Assembly (NCBI GenBank): GCA_034667405.1
Contig: JAXDJX010000019.1
Span: 1,620-65,619 of the forward strand
Length of the DNA: 64,000 bases
Origin: Actinomycetota bacterium
Lineage (GTDB): Bacteria > Actinomycetota > UBA4738 > HRBIN12
Direction of reading: 5' to 3'
In this document: positions 49,281 to 57,612 of the stretch, piece after piece
Numbering within the stretch: position 1 is the stretch's first letter
Layout of the letters: the number at the start of each line of letters is the position of its first letter
Position numbers and translations under genes: made by a program
The notes under the pieces: model-generated
Databases searched by the model: none
Told to the model about the DNA's origin: nothing
Seen by the model: only the letters and a program-made list of their open reading frames with translations

Positions 49281-49295
49281 CACAATATCTTGTGT
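49281..49295. promoter_or_regulatory. NrdR box candidate upstream of nrdR
   Basis: CACAATATCTTGTGT, an imperfect 15-16 bp palindrome resembling the NrdR-box consensus acaCwAtATaTwGtgt. About 8 nt upstream of the nrdR ATG. Coordinates approximate. Confidence 0.6.
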
Positions 49296-49338
49296 CGACG
49301 CGTGCGGTGCACCCGACATCTGGGCCTTCCCGCCGGGC

Positions 49339-49623
49339 TCAGGCCGAGGCCGGGACGGACAGACGCTCTCCCGGCACCACGGTCGGAGCCGGGAGGCCGT
49401 TGGCGCGCTGGATCTCCTCGATCACGAGCCGGGGATCCGCGTCTGGCTGAACCGTTCGGGCGATGCTCCAGAGGCTGTCTCCGCGCTGCACCACGTAGTG
49501 ATGGACCTGGGGTCGTTCCGGGCCCGAGAAAGCATGCGCCACAGGTCCTGTCATCATGCCGACGAAGATGCTCGCCCCGATGAGAACCGTTAGGCGGCGC
49601 CGGCGAACATGTGTTCGATGCAT
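49339..49623 (-). CDS. LysM domain protein (Rv2719c-like SOS-associated cell-wall protein)
   Basis: Start about 49623 (MHRTHVRRRRL then TM LTVLIGASIFVGMM). C-terminal LysM (YVVQRGDSLWSIARTV...EEIQRANGL). Divergent from lexA with LexA boxes in between. Confidence 0.65.
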   Translation of the reverse strand: MHRTHVRRRRLTVLIGASIFVGMMTGPVAHAFSGPERPQVHHYVVQRGDSLWSIARTVQPDADPRLVIEEIQRANGLPAPTVVPGERLSVPASA

Positions 49624-49637
49624 GGGACGATGGTGCC

Positions 49638-49653
49638 CGAACGAGCGTTCGAC
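49638..49653. promoter_or_regulatory. LexA box in lexA/LysM divergent promoter region (site 2)
   Basis: cCGAACGAGCGTTCGAc, a perfect inverted repeat CGAAC-N4-GTTCG about 15-30 nt upstream of the proposed LysM gene start. Coordinates approximate. Confidence 0.7.
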
Positions 49654-49665
49654 GTCAAGTGTTTG

Positions 49666-49681
49666 CTCGAACATATGTTTG
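49666..49681. promoter_or_regulatory. LexA box in lexA/LysM divergent promoter region (site 1)
   Basis: cTCGAACATATGTTTGc, about 55 nt upstream of the lexA ATG. Left half perfect, right half GTTTGC. Coordinates approximate. Confidence 0.7.
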
Positions 49682-49736
49682 CCTCCCGTATAGGTGCGTG
49701 CTAGCGTCCGATCCTGCGAATAGGAGGCTAGAGACC

Positions 49737-50348
49737 ATGTCTGACATCACTACCCGGCAGCAGCGGATCCTCGACGTCATCGCCGACGCAGTCCGTGATC
49801 GCGGTTACCCCCCAACCGTTCGGGAGATCGGAGAAGCTGTCGGCCTCACCTCCTCGTCCAGCGTCCACGCCCAACTGGCCAACCTTGAGCGGATGGGCCT
49901 CTTGCGGAAAGACGCCACCAAGCCGCGAGCCATGGCCCTGTCCGCCGACGACCACCGGCCGAACAGCGTGGCCGTCCCTTTGGTTGGCCGGATCGCCGCC
50001 GGCTCGCCCGTCCTGGCTGCGGAACAGATCGAGGAGTACGTGGCGGTTCCCGACGGATTCGCCGATGATCGCGACCATTTCGCACTCACGGTCGCGGGCG
50101 ATTCGATGATCGGGGCGGGCATCTTCGACGGCGACATGGTGGTTATCCGCCAGCAGGACTCCGCGGAGGACGGCGACATCGTCGCGGCATTGCTCCCTGG
50201 CCCCGCCGAGGAAGAGGCGACAGTGAAACGACTCGGTCACGACGGGGACCGCGTCATGCTCATCCCTGAGAACCCTGCCCTGTCTCCGTTCGAGATGAAC
50301 GACGGGCGGATCTTGGGCAAGCTGGTGGCGGTTCTCAGGAAGCTCTGA
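49737..50348 (+). CDS. lexA: LexA repressor
   Basis: MSDITTRQQRILDVI... winged HTH. Ala-Gly cleavage site (VGRIAAGSP), catalytic Ser (GDSMIGAGI) and Lys (VKRL). AGGAGG RBS 9 nt upstream. The track 5-prime extension was rejected. Confidence 0.95.
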   Translation: MSDITTRQQRILDVIADAVRDRGYPPTVREIGEAVGLTSSSSVHAQLANLERMGLLRKDATKPRAMALSADDHRPNSVAVPLVGRIAAGSPVLAAEQIEEYVAVPDGFADDRDHFALTVAGDSMIGAGIFDGDMVVIRQQDSAEDGDIVAALLPGPAEEEATVKRLGHDGDRVMLIPENPALSPFEMNDGRILGKLVAVLRKL

Positions 50349-50389
50349 AACCGGCTAGGCTGCTCCGACCAGACGTCCGGGAGTAGCCG

Positions 50390-51379
50390 ATGGAGCCCCA
50401 GGGCCAGCACCGCTTCGCAGACCAGGTACGTTCTCAAGCCGATGCGCTCCAACGCGTTCTGGATTCATCGTCGCTGCGCGCCCAGATCCACGCCGCGGCC
50501 GAAGGCCTTCACCGAGTCCATCGCATCTGGCTCGTAGGAACTGGCGCCTCCCTGCACGCGGCGGAACTCGGTGCGGCGATGCTGGGTGAGGCGGGCAGAG
50601 CAGCGCAGGCCGTGTCGTCGATGCACTTCGTGGAATGGTCGCCTGTGGTGGGGTCGCAGGACGGGGTCCTGGTGATCTCTCACTCCGGGACGACCGCCTA
50701 CGCGCTCTCGGCCCGGTCTCAGGCGTTCAATGCGGGGCTAGAGGCATTCATGGTTACCCGCGAAGGCAGCGGGTTACCCAACGCCATCGAACCCATTTCC
50801 AAGGAACCCAGCGAAACCGCGTCCGTGAGCTATACGACAGCCGTTATGGCCATCGCGATGCTCGCCGGGCAGTTGGGGGCCGAGGAGTATGGAAGCGAAG
50901 ACCTTTCGCGGGTGCCGCAAGCCGTCAAGGCCGCGCTCGACGCCGCACCCCTCACGCTGGAGGAACCGGCTCGATTGTTGGTCTTCACAGGAGCCGGCCC
51001 TGCCTCGGTCACCGCCCGCGCTGCCGCGCTTCTGTTCCGGGAGGCGGCACGCGTTCCGGCGGAAGGGTTCGATGTCGAGACATTGCTGCACGGCAACGCA
51101 GTGCCGCTGGATGGCCGGGACGCGCTGGTGGCGCTCACCACGCCCGACCCTGGCGGCATGGTGGAGGCCGTGGCCGGTGCCTCCGCAGCGGCCGGTATCA
51201 AGACGAGCAGTCTGAACGAACCCGCGCCGCTTTCCCCCGTCCTCGCCCAGATCCCTCTGATGGTTCGGCTCGAACTCGCGGCGAGCACGATGGCGTCTGC
51301 GGGGGGACACGATCCCGACACCGTCATCACGGGGGCGTGGAAGGACGAGGCGCTCTGGCGCCTGGGCGCGCCCGGCTAG
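50390..51379 (+). CDS. SIS (sugar isomerase) domain protein, GlmS/AgaS C-terminal-like
   Basis: 329 aa with two SIS-like halves (IWLVGTGASLHAA...VISHSGTT; LVFTGAGPASVTA). Confidence 0.65.
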   Translation: MEPQGQHRFADQVRSQADALQRVLDSSSLRAQIHAAAEGLHRVHRIWLVGTGASLHAAELGAAMLGEAGRAAQAVSSMHFVEWSPVVGSQDGVLVISHSGTTAYALSARSQAFNAGLEAFMVTREGSGLPNAIEPISKEPSETASVSYTTAVMAIAMLAGQLGAEEYGSEDLSRVPQAVKAALDAAPLTLEEPARLLVFTGAGPASVTARAAALLFREAARVPAEGFDVETLLHGNAVPLDGRDALVALTTPDPGGMVEAVAGASAAAGIKTSSLNEPAPLSPVLAQIPLMVRLELAASTMASAGGHDPDTVITGAWKDEALWRLGAPG

Positions 51380-52713
51380 TTCGTCCGGATGAAGGGGCGG
51401 ACGCGCGCGAGCTGACGAAGGCCCACCCGGGCGTGCACGCGGGTGCCGTCGTCCTCGAGCTCCGTCGATAGGACCTCAGCCTCCCGGTAGAGGCCCGCGG
51501 TGATGTCCTCTCGTCCGTACGGGATCAACAGCGTCACGTCGACCGGAGGTCGCGGGATCGCCGCCTCGACCGCCTCGAGCAGCCCGTCGGCTCCTTCTCC
51601 CGTGATGGCGGACACCTGCGACGAACCCGGGAAGCGGCGCGCCAGTCTGGCTCGCTCGGAGCCCTCGATCCGGTCGATCTTGTTGAGCGCCAACACCTCC
51701 GGGATCCCCGAGGCCCCGATGTCGTGAAGAACCGTTCGGACCGCGGTGATCTGACCGTCCAGATCGGATGTCGCAGCATCGGCTACATGCAGGATGACGT
51801 CCGCCTCGTTCACCTCCTCCAAGGTCGAACGGAACGCCTCCACCAGGTCGTGGGGAAGCTTGCTCACGAACCCCACCGTGTCGCTGGCGATCGCTCGGCG
51901 TCCGGCGGGGAGCGTCAGGCGGCGAGTCGTGGGATCGAGGGTGGCGAAGAGCTGGTCGGCGACCACGACATCGGAGCCAGTGAGCCGGTTGAGCATCGTG
52001 GACTTCCCTGCGTTCGTGTAGCCGGCCACGGCGATCTGTGGAACCTGCGAACGCCGGCGCGACGCGCGCTTGACGTCGCGCGTGCGCTCCAGATCCTTGA
52101 TGTCACGACGGAGCTTCGTGATCCTCCGGCGGATGTGCTGGCGGTCGACCTCCATCTTCGTTTCGCCGGGGCCGCGGGTTCCGATACCTGCGCCCAGACG
52201 ACTCATCGCTTCGCCCCAGCCTCGCAGGCGTGGAAGCAGGTAGTTCAACTGGGCGAGCTCGACCTGCGCTTTGCCTTCGCGCGAACGAGCGTGGAGGGCG
52301 AAGATGTCGAGGATCAGCGCGGTTCTGTCGATGAGCTTCACGCCGAGGCGCTCCTCCAGCGACCGGAGCTGACCGGGGTTGAGCTCGCGGTCCAGGATCA
52401 CCGCTGCGGCCCGCTCTGCGCGAACGACGTCGTGAAGCTCGTCGAGCTTCCCGCGTCCGACGAACGTGGCGGGGTCGGGCTCGGGCCTGTTCTGGACGAG
52501 ACGCGCCACCGGCTCCGCCCCTGCGGAGTCGGCAAGAGCGGCAAGTTCGTCGAGGTCGCCTTCGGTCATGCCGGGGCCGACGCCGACCAACACGGCTCGT
52601 TCACGGACGGCAGGTTTCCAAGTGGCCGAGAGCGGGGACTCCAGGACACCGGCAGTGTCGTGCTCGCCACGTCCGGCCGTCCGTTCGCTCGAGGGACGCC
52701 GGCGATCTGGCAT
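51376..52713 (-). CDS. hflX: GTPase HflX
   Basis: 445 aa. HflX N-terminal domain (ERAVLVGV...GKGKLDEL...DRTALILDIFALHA), then a G domain (GYTNAGKSTMLN, DTVGF, NKID). The start has a 1-nt overlap with the dapD stop. Confidence 0.9.
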   Translation of the reverse strand: MPDRRRPSSERTAGRGEHDTAGVLESPLSATWKPAVRERAVLVGVGPGMTEGDLDELAALADSAGAEPVARLVQNRPEPDPATFVGRGKLDELHDVVRAERAAAVILDRELNPGQLRSLEERLGVKLIDRTALILDIFALHARSREGKAQVELAQLNYLLPRLRGWGEAMSRLGAGIGTRGPGETKMEVDRQHIRRRITKLRRDIKDLERTRDVKRASRRRSQVPQIAVAGYTNAGKSTMLNRLTGSDVVVADQLFATLDPTTRRLTLPAGRRAIASDTVGFVSKLPHDLVEAFRSTLEEVNEADVILHVADAATSDLDGQITAVRTVLHDIGASGIPEVLALNKIDRIEGSERARLARRFPGSSQVSAITGEGADGLLEAVEAAIPRPPVDVTLLIPYGREDITAGLYREAEVLSTELEDDGTRVHARVGLRQLARVRPFIRTN

Positions 52714-53537
52714 CAGCTCAGAGAGGAGCCGAAGGAACGGAGCACGTCGTTCAGCCGCACCTTGTCGTCGGTGGCCTCCGTCCGGTACCCGATGACCAGA
52801 CCGCAGGGCAACCCGTAGGAACCCGCGGGGAATGCTCGTGCCCGGGAGCCCGGGATCACGATGGCCCGCGCCGGGACCACCCCACGATGCTCCACAGGCT
52901 CGGAGCCGGTGACGTCGATGATCGGGGTGCTGCCTGTCAGGACCACGCCGGCGCCCAGTACCGCTTCCCGACAGACCCGAACGCCCTCAGTGACGATGCA
53001 CCTCGATCCGATGAACGCCCCGTCTTCGATGATGACGGGAGCCGCCTGTGCCGGCTCCAGAACGCCGCCGATCCCCACGCCGCCCGCAAGGTGGACGTCC
53101 GCTCCGATCTGCGCACACGACCCCACGGTCGCCCACGTATCCACCATCGAACCGGGACCCACCCACGCGCCGATGTTCACGTAACTTGGCATGAGGATCA
53201 CGCCCGGTGACAGGTACGCGCCGAACCGCGCGGTCGCCGGTGGGACCACACGTACGCCCGCCTCCTCGTACCCGGTCTTGAGCGGGAGCTTGTCGTGATA
53301 TTCGAAGGGCCCGACCGACGTGGTCTCCATCCCGCGCACCCGGAAGTACAGCAGAACCGCCATCTTCGCCCACGTGTTCGTTCGCCAGCCCGTATCGGAG
53401 GACTCATCGGGTTCGGCGACGCGAATCTTGCCGGCATCCAGGAGTGCGATCGCCTCCTCTACGGCTGCCCGGTCGATGTCTGCGCCCGGCTCGAACGACG
53501 ACTCGATGCGCGTCGCCAACCCTTCGTACGTCATCAC
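52713..53537 (-). CDS. dapD: 2,3,4,5-tetrahydropyridine-2,6-dicarboxylate N-succinyltransferase
   Basis: 274 aa. Left-handed beta-helix hexapeptide repeats (GAWVGPGSMVDTWATVGSCAQIGADVHLAGGVGIGG). Confidence 0.85.
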   Translation of the reverse strand: MMTYEGLATRIESSFEPGADIDRAAVEEAIALLDAGKIRVAEPDESSDTGWRTNTWAKMAVLLYFRVRGMETTSVGPFEYHDKLPLKTGYEEAGVRVVPPATARFGAYLSPGVILMPSYVNIGAWVGPGSMVDTWATVGSCAQIGADVHLAGGVGIGGVLEPAQAAPVIIEDGAFIGSRCIVTEGVRVCREAVLGAGVVLTGSTPIIDVTGSEPVEHRGVVPARAIVIPGSRARAFPAGSYGLPCGLVIGYRTEATDDKVRLNDVLRSFGSSLS

Positions 53538-54706
53538 GACGATTCACCGAAGTAGGCGTCCAGGCGGGCGGCGGCGCGTTCGCACTCGGCCTGTTCTGGC
53601 ACCATCGCCATCCGAACGTATCCCTCCCCTTCGGTCCCGAAGAACGACCCCGGGGCCACGATGACATCGCACTGATCCAAGAGTTCGCCGGCCCACGCTT
53701 CCGAGGAGCGACCGCCCGGCGCCTCGAGCCACAGGTAGAACGTGGCGACGCTTGCCGCCACCTTCACGCCGCGCCTGGCGAACAGCTCCAGGAACACCCG
53801 TCGCTTCGCAGCGTAACGGGCTCTGTTCTCGGAGACATGCGCTTCGTCACCCCACGCAGCGACCGACGCCCGCTGCACGAATTCCTGCGGAGTGACCCCT
53901 ACGCTTGGGCGCAGACGCTTGAGCGCGGCGATGAGCGTCGGATCGCCGGCCACGAAGCCGCTGCGGTACCCGGTCATCGACGAGCGCTTGCTGAGCGTGT
54001 TGATGACCACGACGCCGCTGAGATCCTCGACCTGCAGCGCGCTGGCCGGTGCAACGTCGTCGAAATAGAGCTCGCTGTAGGCCTCGTCGGAGGCCAGCAG
54101 CACGCCGTTGGCCCGACAGAGGTCTGCAGCATGGCGGAGATAGTCGAGCGGTGCCACGGCACCGGTCGGGTTGTTCGGATAGTTGAGCCAAAGGATCGCG
54201 GCTCGCTCCCACGTGTTCTGTGGGACGGCCTCGAGATCGGCCAGGAATCCGCGATCTTCCGTCAACGGAAGCGAGACGGCGTCGCCTCCCGCGAACCGCG
54301 CTCCGCGTGCGGGGATGGGATAGCCGGGCGACGTCACCAGGGCAAGATCTTTTCCCGCCCCCGGGTCGAACACGCTCTGGGCGAGCGAGAACACCAACTC
54401 CTTGGACCCGAGGATGGGCAGGATGTTCGTCTCTGGGTCCAGGTTCGTACCGAACCGGCGGGCGGTCCAACCCGCGATGGCCTCCCGCAGTTCGGGGAGG
54501 CCCGCCGCGCGAGGATACGAACTCACCGGCTTCACTGCCTTCACGAGCGCGTCACGGATGAAGGGCGCGGTCACCTCACGGGGATCGCCCACGCCGAAGT
54601 CGATGAGCTGACGTCCCTGCGCCACCGCCTCCGTCTTGCGGCGGTCCAGCGCTTCGAAGGGGTACGGCTCCACGAACCTGATACCGGGTGACAGCTGCAC
54701 GTTCAT
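53534..54706 (-). CDS. dapC: Class I aminotransferase, N-succinyldiaminopimelate aminotransferase DapC-like
   Basis: Fold type I PLP enzyme with PLP-Lys region (INTLSKRSSMTGYRSG). Start chosen at MNVQLSPG. The dapC role is inferred from its position between dapD and dapE. Confidence 0.75.
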   Translation of the reverse strand: MNVQLSPGIRFVEPYPFEALDRRKTEAVAQGRQLIDFGVGDPREVTAPFIRDALVKAVKPVSSYPRAAGLPELREAIAGWTARRFGTNLDPETNILPILGSKELVFSLAQSVFDPGAGKDLALVTSPGYPIPARGARFAGGDAVSLPLTEDRGFLADLEAVPQNTWERAAILWLNYPNNPTGAVAPLDYLRHAADLCRANGVLLASDEAYSELYFDDVAPASALQVEDLSGVVVINTLSKRSSMTGYRSGFVAGDPTLIAALKRLRPSVGVTPQEFVQRASVAAWGDEAHVSENRARYAAKRRVFLELFARRGVKVAASVATFYLWLEAPGGRSSEAWAGELLDQCDVIVAPGSFFGTEGEGYVRMAMVPEQAECERAAARLDAYFGESS

Positions 54707-55806
54707 CCTTCCACCGGGGCTCGCAGGAACGCCCGGATGATGTCGTAGCACTCGACGAGGGCAGGGAGTTCGACCTGCTCCTCGTCGGTGTGAGCGTACC
54801 GCGGGTCCCCGGGGCCTAGATTGATGGCGTCGATCCCCGCCATCGCGAACTCGGCCACGGGGGTCCAGGCCTGCTTGGGCCGCACCGGCAGCCGACCTCC
54901 GTCCAGCAGACGCTCCACCAACGGGTTGGCCAGGACCACCGGTCCGGGAGGAGCGTTACCGTCGATCTCGATCTCGAGACCCGGATGGGTCAGGGACCCG
55001 CGTAACCAGGCCTCGGCCTCAGCTGCGGTCCGGCCGGGTGCGTACCTCACGTTCACCGTGGCCCGGACACCATCGGGGATGACGTTGGCGGCCACTCCCC
55101 CGTCGATGGTCGTCACGTTCACCGTCTCGCGAAAGGTCAAGCCGTCGATCTGCACGTCGTGGACCGGGAGACCCGCGACCGGGGCTAGCGCTTCCATCGC
55201 GGTGTGGATGGCGTTTCGACCAAGCCAGGGGCGTGCGGAATGCGCGGCCCGACCACGAACGGTGACGGTCGCGTTCAGGTTCCCAAGACACCCGACCTCC
55301 ACGGCGTTGGCGGTCGGTTCCAACACGATCGCGAGTGCGACACCTCGGAGTGCCGCGCATCGTTCGAAGAGCGGGAGGAGCGCGCTCTGCGTGATCGGGA
55401 GTTCCTCACGCCCGAAGAAGAGGTAGCCCACGTCAAGATCAGCCGCGTGCGGATCGATGTCCTGCGCGAGGGCGAGCATGACGGCGAGGCCGGCCTTCAT
55501 GTCCGCGGCCCCTCTTCCCTCGATGGTGTTCCCGTGGCGCGTTGAGGGCCACACGGCGTTCGTCAGCGGAACGGTGTCGGCGTGTCCAGCAAGGAGCAGG
55601 AGCGGTGCCTCGGGTCGGCGATCAGCGGGGAGGAAGCACCGAACCCCATCCACTGCGTCTATCAGGGCGTGGCGGTCTGGCGGCATCTCTTCGGTGATAC
55701 GGGCGAGCACCGCTTCTTCATCCAGGGAAACACTCGGGATGTCGACCAGCGCCTGGAGAAGGTGGCCTATCCGTTCTCGCTGATCACCGCTCGCCCCCAC
55801 GGCCAT
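54703..55806 (-). CDS. dapE: Succinyl-diaminopimelate desuccinylase (M20 family)
   Basis: M20 peptidase motifs (HADTVP, GAADMKAG, catalytic EE in GREE) and a dimerisation domain. Start at MAVGASGDQ overlaps the dapF stop. The track extension was rejected. Confidence 0.8.
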   Translation of the reverse strand: MAVGASGDQRERIGHLLQALVDIPSVSLDEEAVLARITEEMPPDRHALIDAVDGVRCFLPADRRPEAPLLLLAGHADTVPLTNAVWPSTRHGNTIEGRGAADMKAGLAVMLALAQDIDPHAADLDVGYLFFGREELPITQSALLPLFERCAALRGVALAIVLEPTANAVEVGCLGNLNATVTVRGRAAHSARPWLGRNAIHTAMEALAPVAGLPVHDVQIDGLTFRETVNVTTIDGGVAANVIPDGVRATVNVRYAPGRTAAEAEAWLRGSLTHPGLEIEIDGNAPPGPVVLANPLVERLLDGGRLPVRPKQAWTPVAEFAMAGIDAINLGPGDPRYAHTDEEQVELPALVECYDIIRAFLRAPVEG

Positions 55807-56675
55807 CAGCTCAGGAGCGCAGGAAGATCCACGGTCCCGTCGAAGACGTGCGAGACGCCACCGCTCAGCAACACCTGCCCGTCGGGTTGCCGCGTAACGC
55901 GGAGGTCGCCTCCCGGATAGTGGATGGTCACCTGAGACGGGGAGCGGCCCGACTCGTTCGCCAGGACCGCTACCGCGCACGCGCCCGTGCCGCACGACAG
56001 TGTCTCGCCGACGCCCCGCTCCCACACGCGCACGTCGATCTCCTCTCCACCCGGCCGGACTCGAGCGAACTCAACGTTGGTCCGCTCGGGAAAGAGTTCG
56101 TGGTGCTCCAGCGCCGACGCCGTATGCGCCACGTGGTATAGCTCGGGATCGTCGTCGACGAACAGGACCAGGTGTGGGTTTCCCATGCTCACCCCGCCGG
56201 CGGGAACCGTGGTGCCGCCGATGTCGAACGGTTGGTCCAAGAAGGTCTCCCATGCGGGTCCGTGCATGGGGATGGCAGCCCGTGCGAACGCCGGCTCCCC
56301 CATCGACACGGTGGCACAGATCACGGCGCCACCCCCTCGCTCGATGCTCACGAGTTTCACTCCCGACGCCGTCCAGACCTTGACCTCTGACTCGCTTTCC
56401 GGCAAGAGACCTCGGGCCGCAAGGAAGGCCGCCGTACAGCGGATGCCGTTCCCCGACATCTGCGCCGGGGTCCCGTCGGCATTGATGAGGCGCATCGCGA
56501 ACGGAGCCTCGCCACTTCCGCCGGTGACGCGGATGACGCCGTCCCCGCCTACCCCAACCCACCGATCGCACAAGACCCGAGCAGGCTCGCCCGTGAGGTC
56601 GAGTTCGTCGTCGAGATCCAGGATGAGGATGAAGTCGTTGCCCGTCGCTTCGAACTTGGAGAAGGTCACTGTCAT
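55806..56675 (-). CDS. dapF: Diaminopimelate epimerase
   Basis: 289 aa. The two catalytic Cys motifs GNGIRC and SCGTGACA. Confidence 0.9.
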   Translation of the reverse strand: MTVTFSKFEATGNDFILILDLDDELDLTGEPARVLCDRWVGVGGDGVIRVTGGSGEAPFAMRLINADGTPAQMSGNGIRCTAAFLAARGLLPESESEVKVWTASGVKLVSIERGGGAVICATVSMGEPAFARAAIPMHGPAWETFLDQPFDIGGTTVPAGGVSMGNPHLVLFVDDDPELYHVAHTASALEHHELFPERTNVEFARVRPGGEEIDVRVWERGVGETLSCGTGACAVAVLANESGRSPSQVTIHYPGGDLRVTRQPDGQVLLSGGVSHVFDGTVDLPALLS

Positions 56676-57604
56676 CGGCCGGCCCCGAGGAACTGAACGA
56701 TGTCGTCCATGGCGTCCATCGCTCCGCTCTCACCAGCCCGGAACCACTGGACCCGCGGGTCTCGGCGGAACCACGCGAGTTGCCGACGTGCGAGCTGTTT
56801 GGTTCGCTTGACGGTCAGGGCTTCGGCCTCCTCGAGCGAGCATCCTCCCTCCAGATGGCGGGAAAGTTCAGCGTAGCCGATGGCTTGCGTAGCAGTGAGC
56901 CAGCCCCCGAACCCGGCGTCAACCAACCGAGCGACCTCCTGGAGCCAACCTCCGTTGATCATCGCGTCTACCCGTCGCACGATCCGTTCGTTGAGGACCG
57001 TGCGATCGATGTCGACGCCGGCCACGATTGCCCGGTCGGCCGGATACCTCTCCCACGCCTCCGCGAACGAACTGAAGGGCCTACCGGTGATCCCTGCAAC
57101 CTCCAGCGCGCGGATCGTTCGTCTGACGTTCCCCGGTTCTATCTTCGCGGCGGCGACGGGGTCCAGGTCCTGCAAGCGGGCATAGAGGCGCGAGGAGCCC
57201 AGTGCTTCGGCCTGCCGCTCCAGGTCCGCGCGCGTTCCGGGGTCCGTCGCCGGAAAGACGAGATCGTCGACGCACGCGCGGAAATAGAGGCCGGAACCCC
57301 CGACCAGAAACGGCGTGACACCGCGGAGCTCAAGGTCGGCGAACGTGGTCCGTGACGCCTCCTGATAGGCGGCGACGCTGAACGGTTCGCTCGGCTCGGC
57401 CAGATCTATCAGGTGATGGGCGATCCGGTTGCGCTGAGCCGCAGAGGGCTTTGCTGTTCCGATATCCATCCCGCGGTAGATGAGCATCGAGTCGACGGAG
57501 ACGATCTCCGCGCCGAACGTCTCCGCGATCTGGATCCCAGCCTCGGTCTTCCCCGACGCGGTCGGACCGACCAGCGCCAGCATAGGGAACGCATCGCCGG
57601 GCAC
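56672..57604 (-). CDS. miaA: tRNA dimethylallyltransferase
   Basis: 310 aa with P-loop GPTASGKT. Confidence 0.9.
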   Translation of the reverse strand: MPGDAFPMLALVGPTASGKTEAGIQIAETFGAEIVSVDSMLIYRGMDIGTAKPSAAQRNRIAHHLIDLAEPSEPFSVAAYQEASRTTFADLELRGVTPFLVGGSGLYFRACVDDLVFPATDPGTRADLERQAEALGSSRLYARLQDLDPVAAAKIEPGNVRRTIRALEVAGITGRPFSSFAEAWERYPADRAIVAGVDIDRTVLNERIVRRVDAMINGGWLQEVARLVDAGFGGWLTATQAIGYAELSRHLEGGCSLEEAEALTVKRTKQLARRQLAWFRRDPRVQWFRAGESGAMDAMDDIVQFLGAGR

Positions 57605-57612
57605 GGGTCTCC

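Noticed and set aside
3575-56025. 5-prime extended starts proposed by the ORF track for aroE, DUF948, ruvB, ruvA, ruvC, pdxT, lemA, pimA, the acyltransferase, HIT, nrdR, lexA, dapC and dapE
   Set aside because: In each case the conserved protein N-terminus begins internally and the extension overlaps the upstream gene in another frame, or contains a regulatory box. Starts were trimmed; exact start codons remain approximate.
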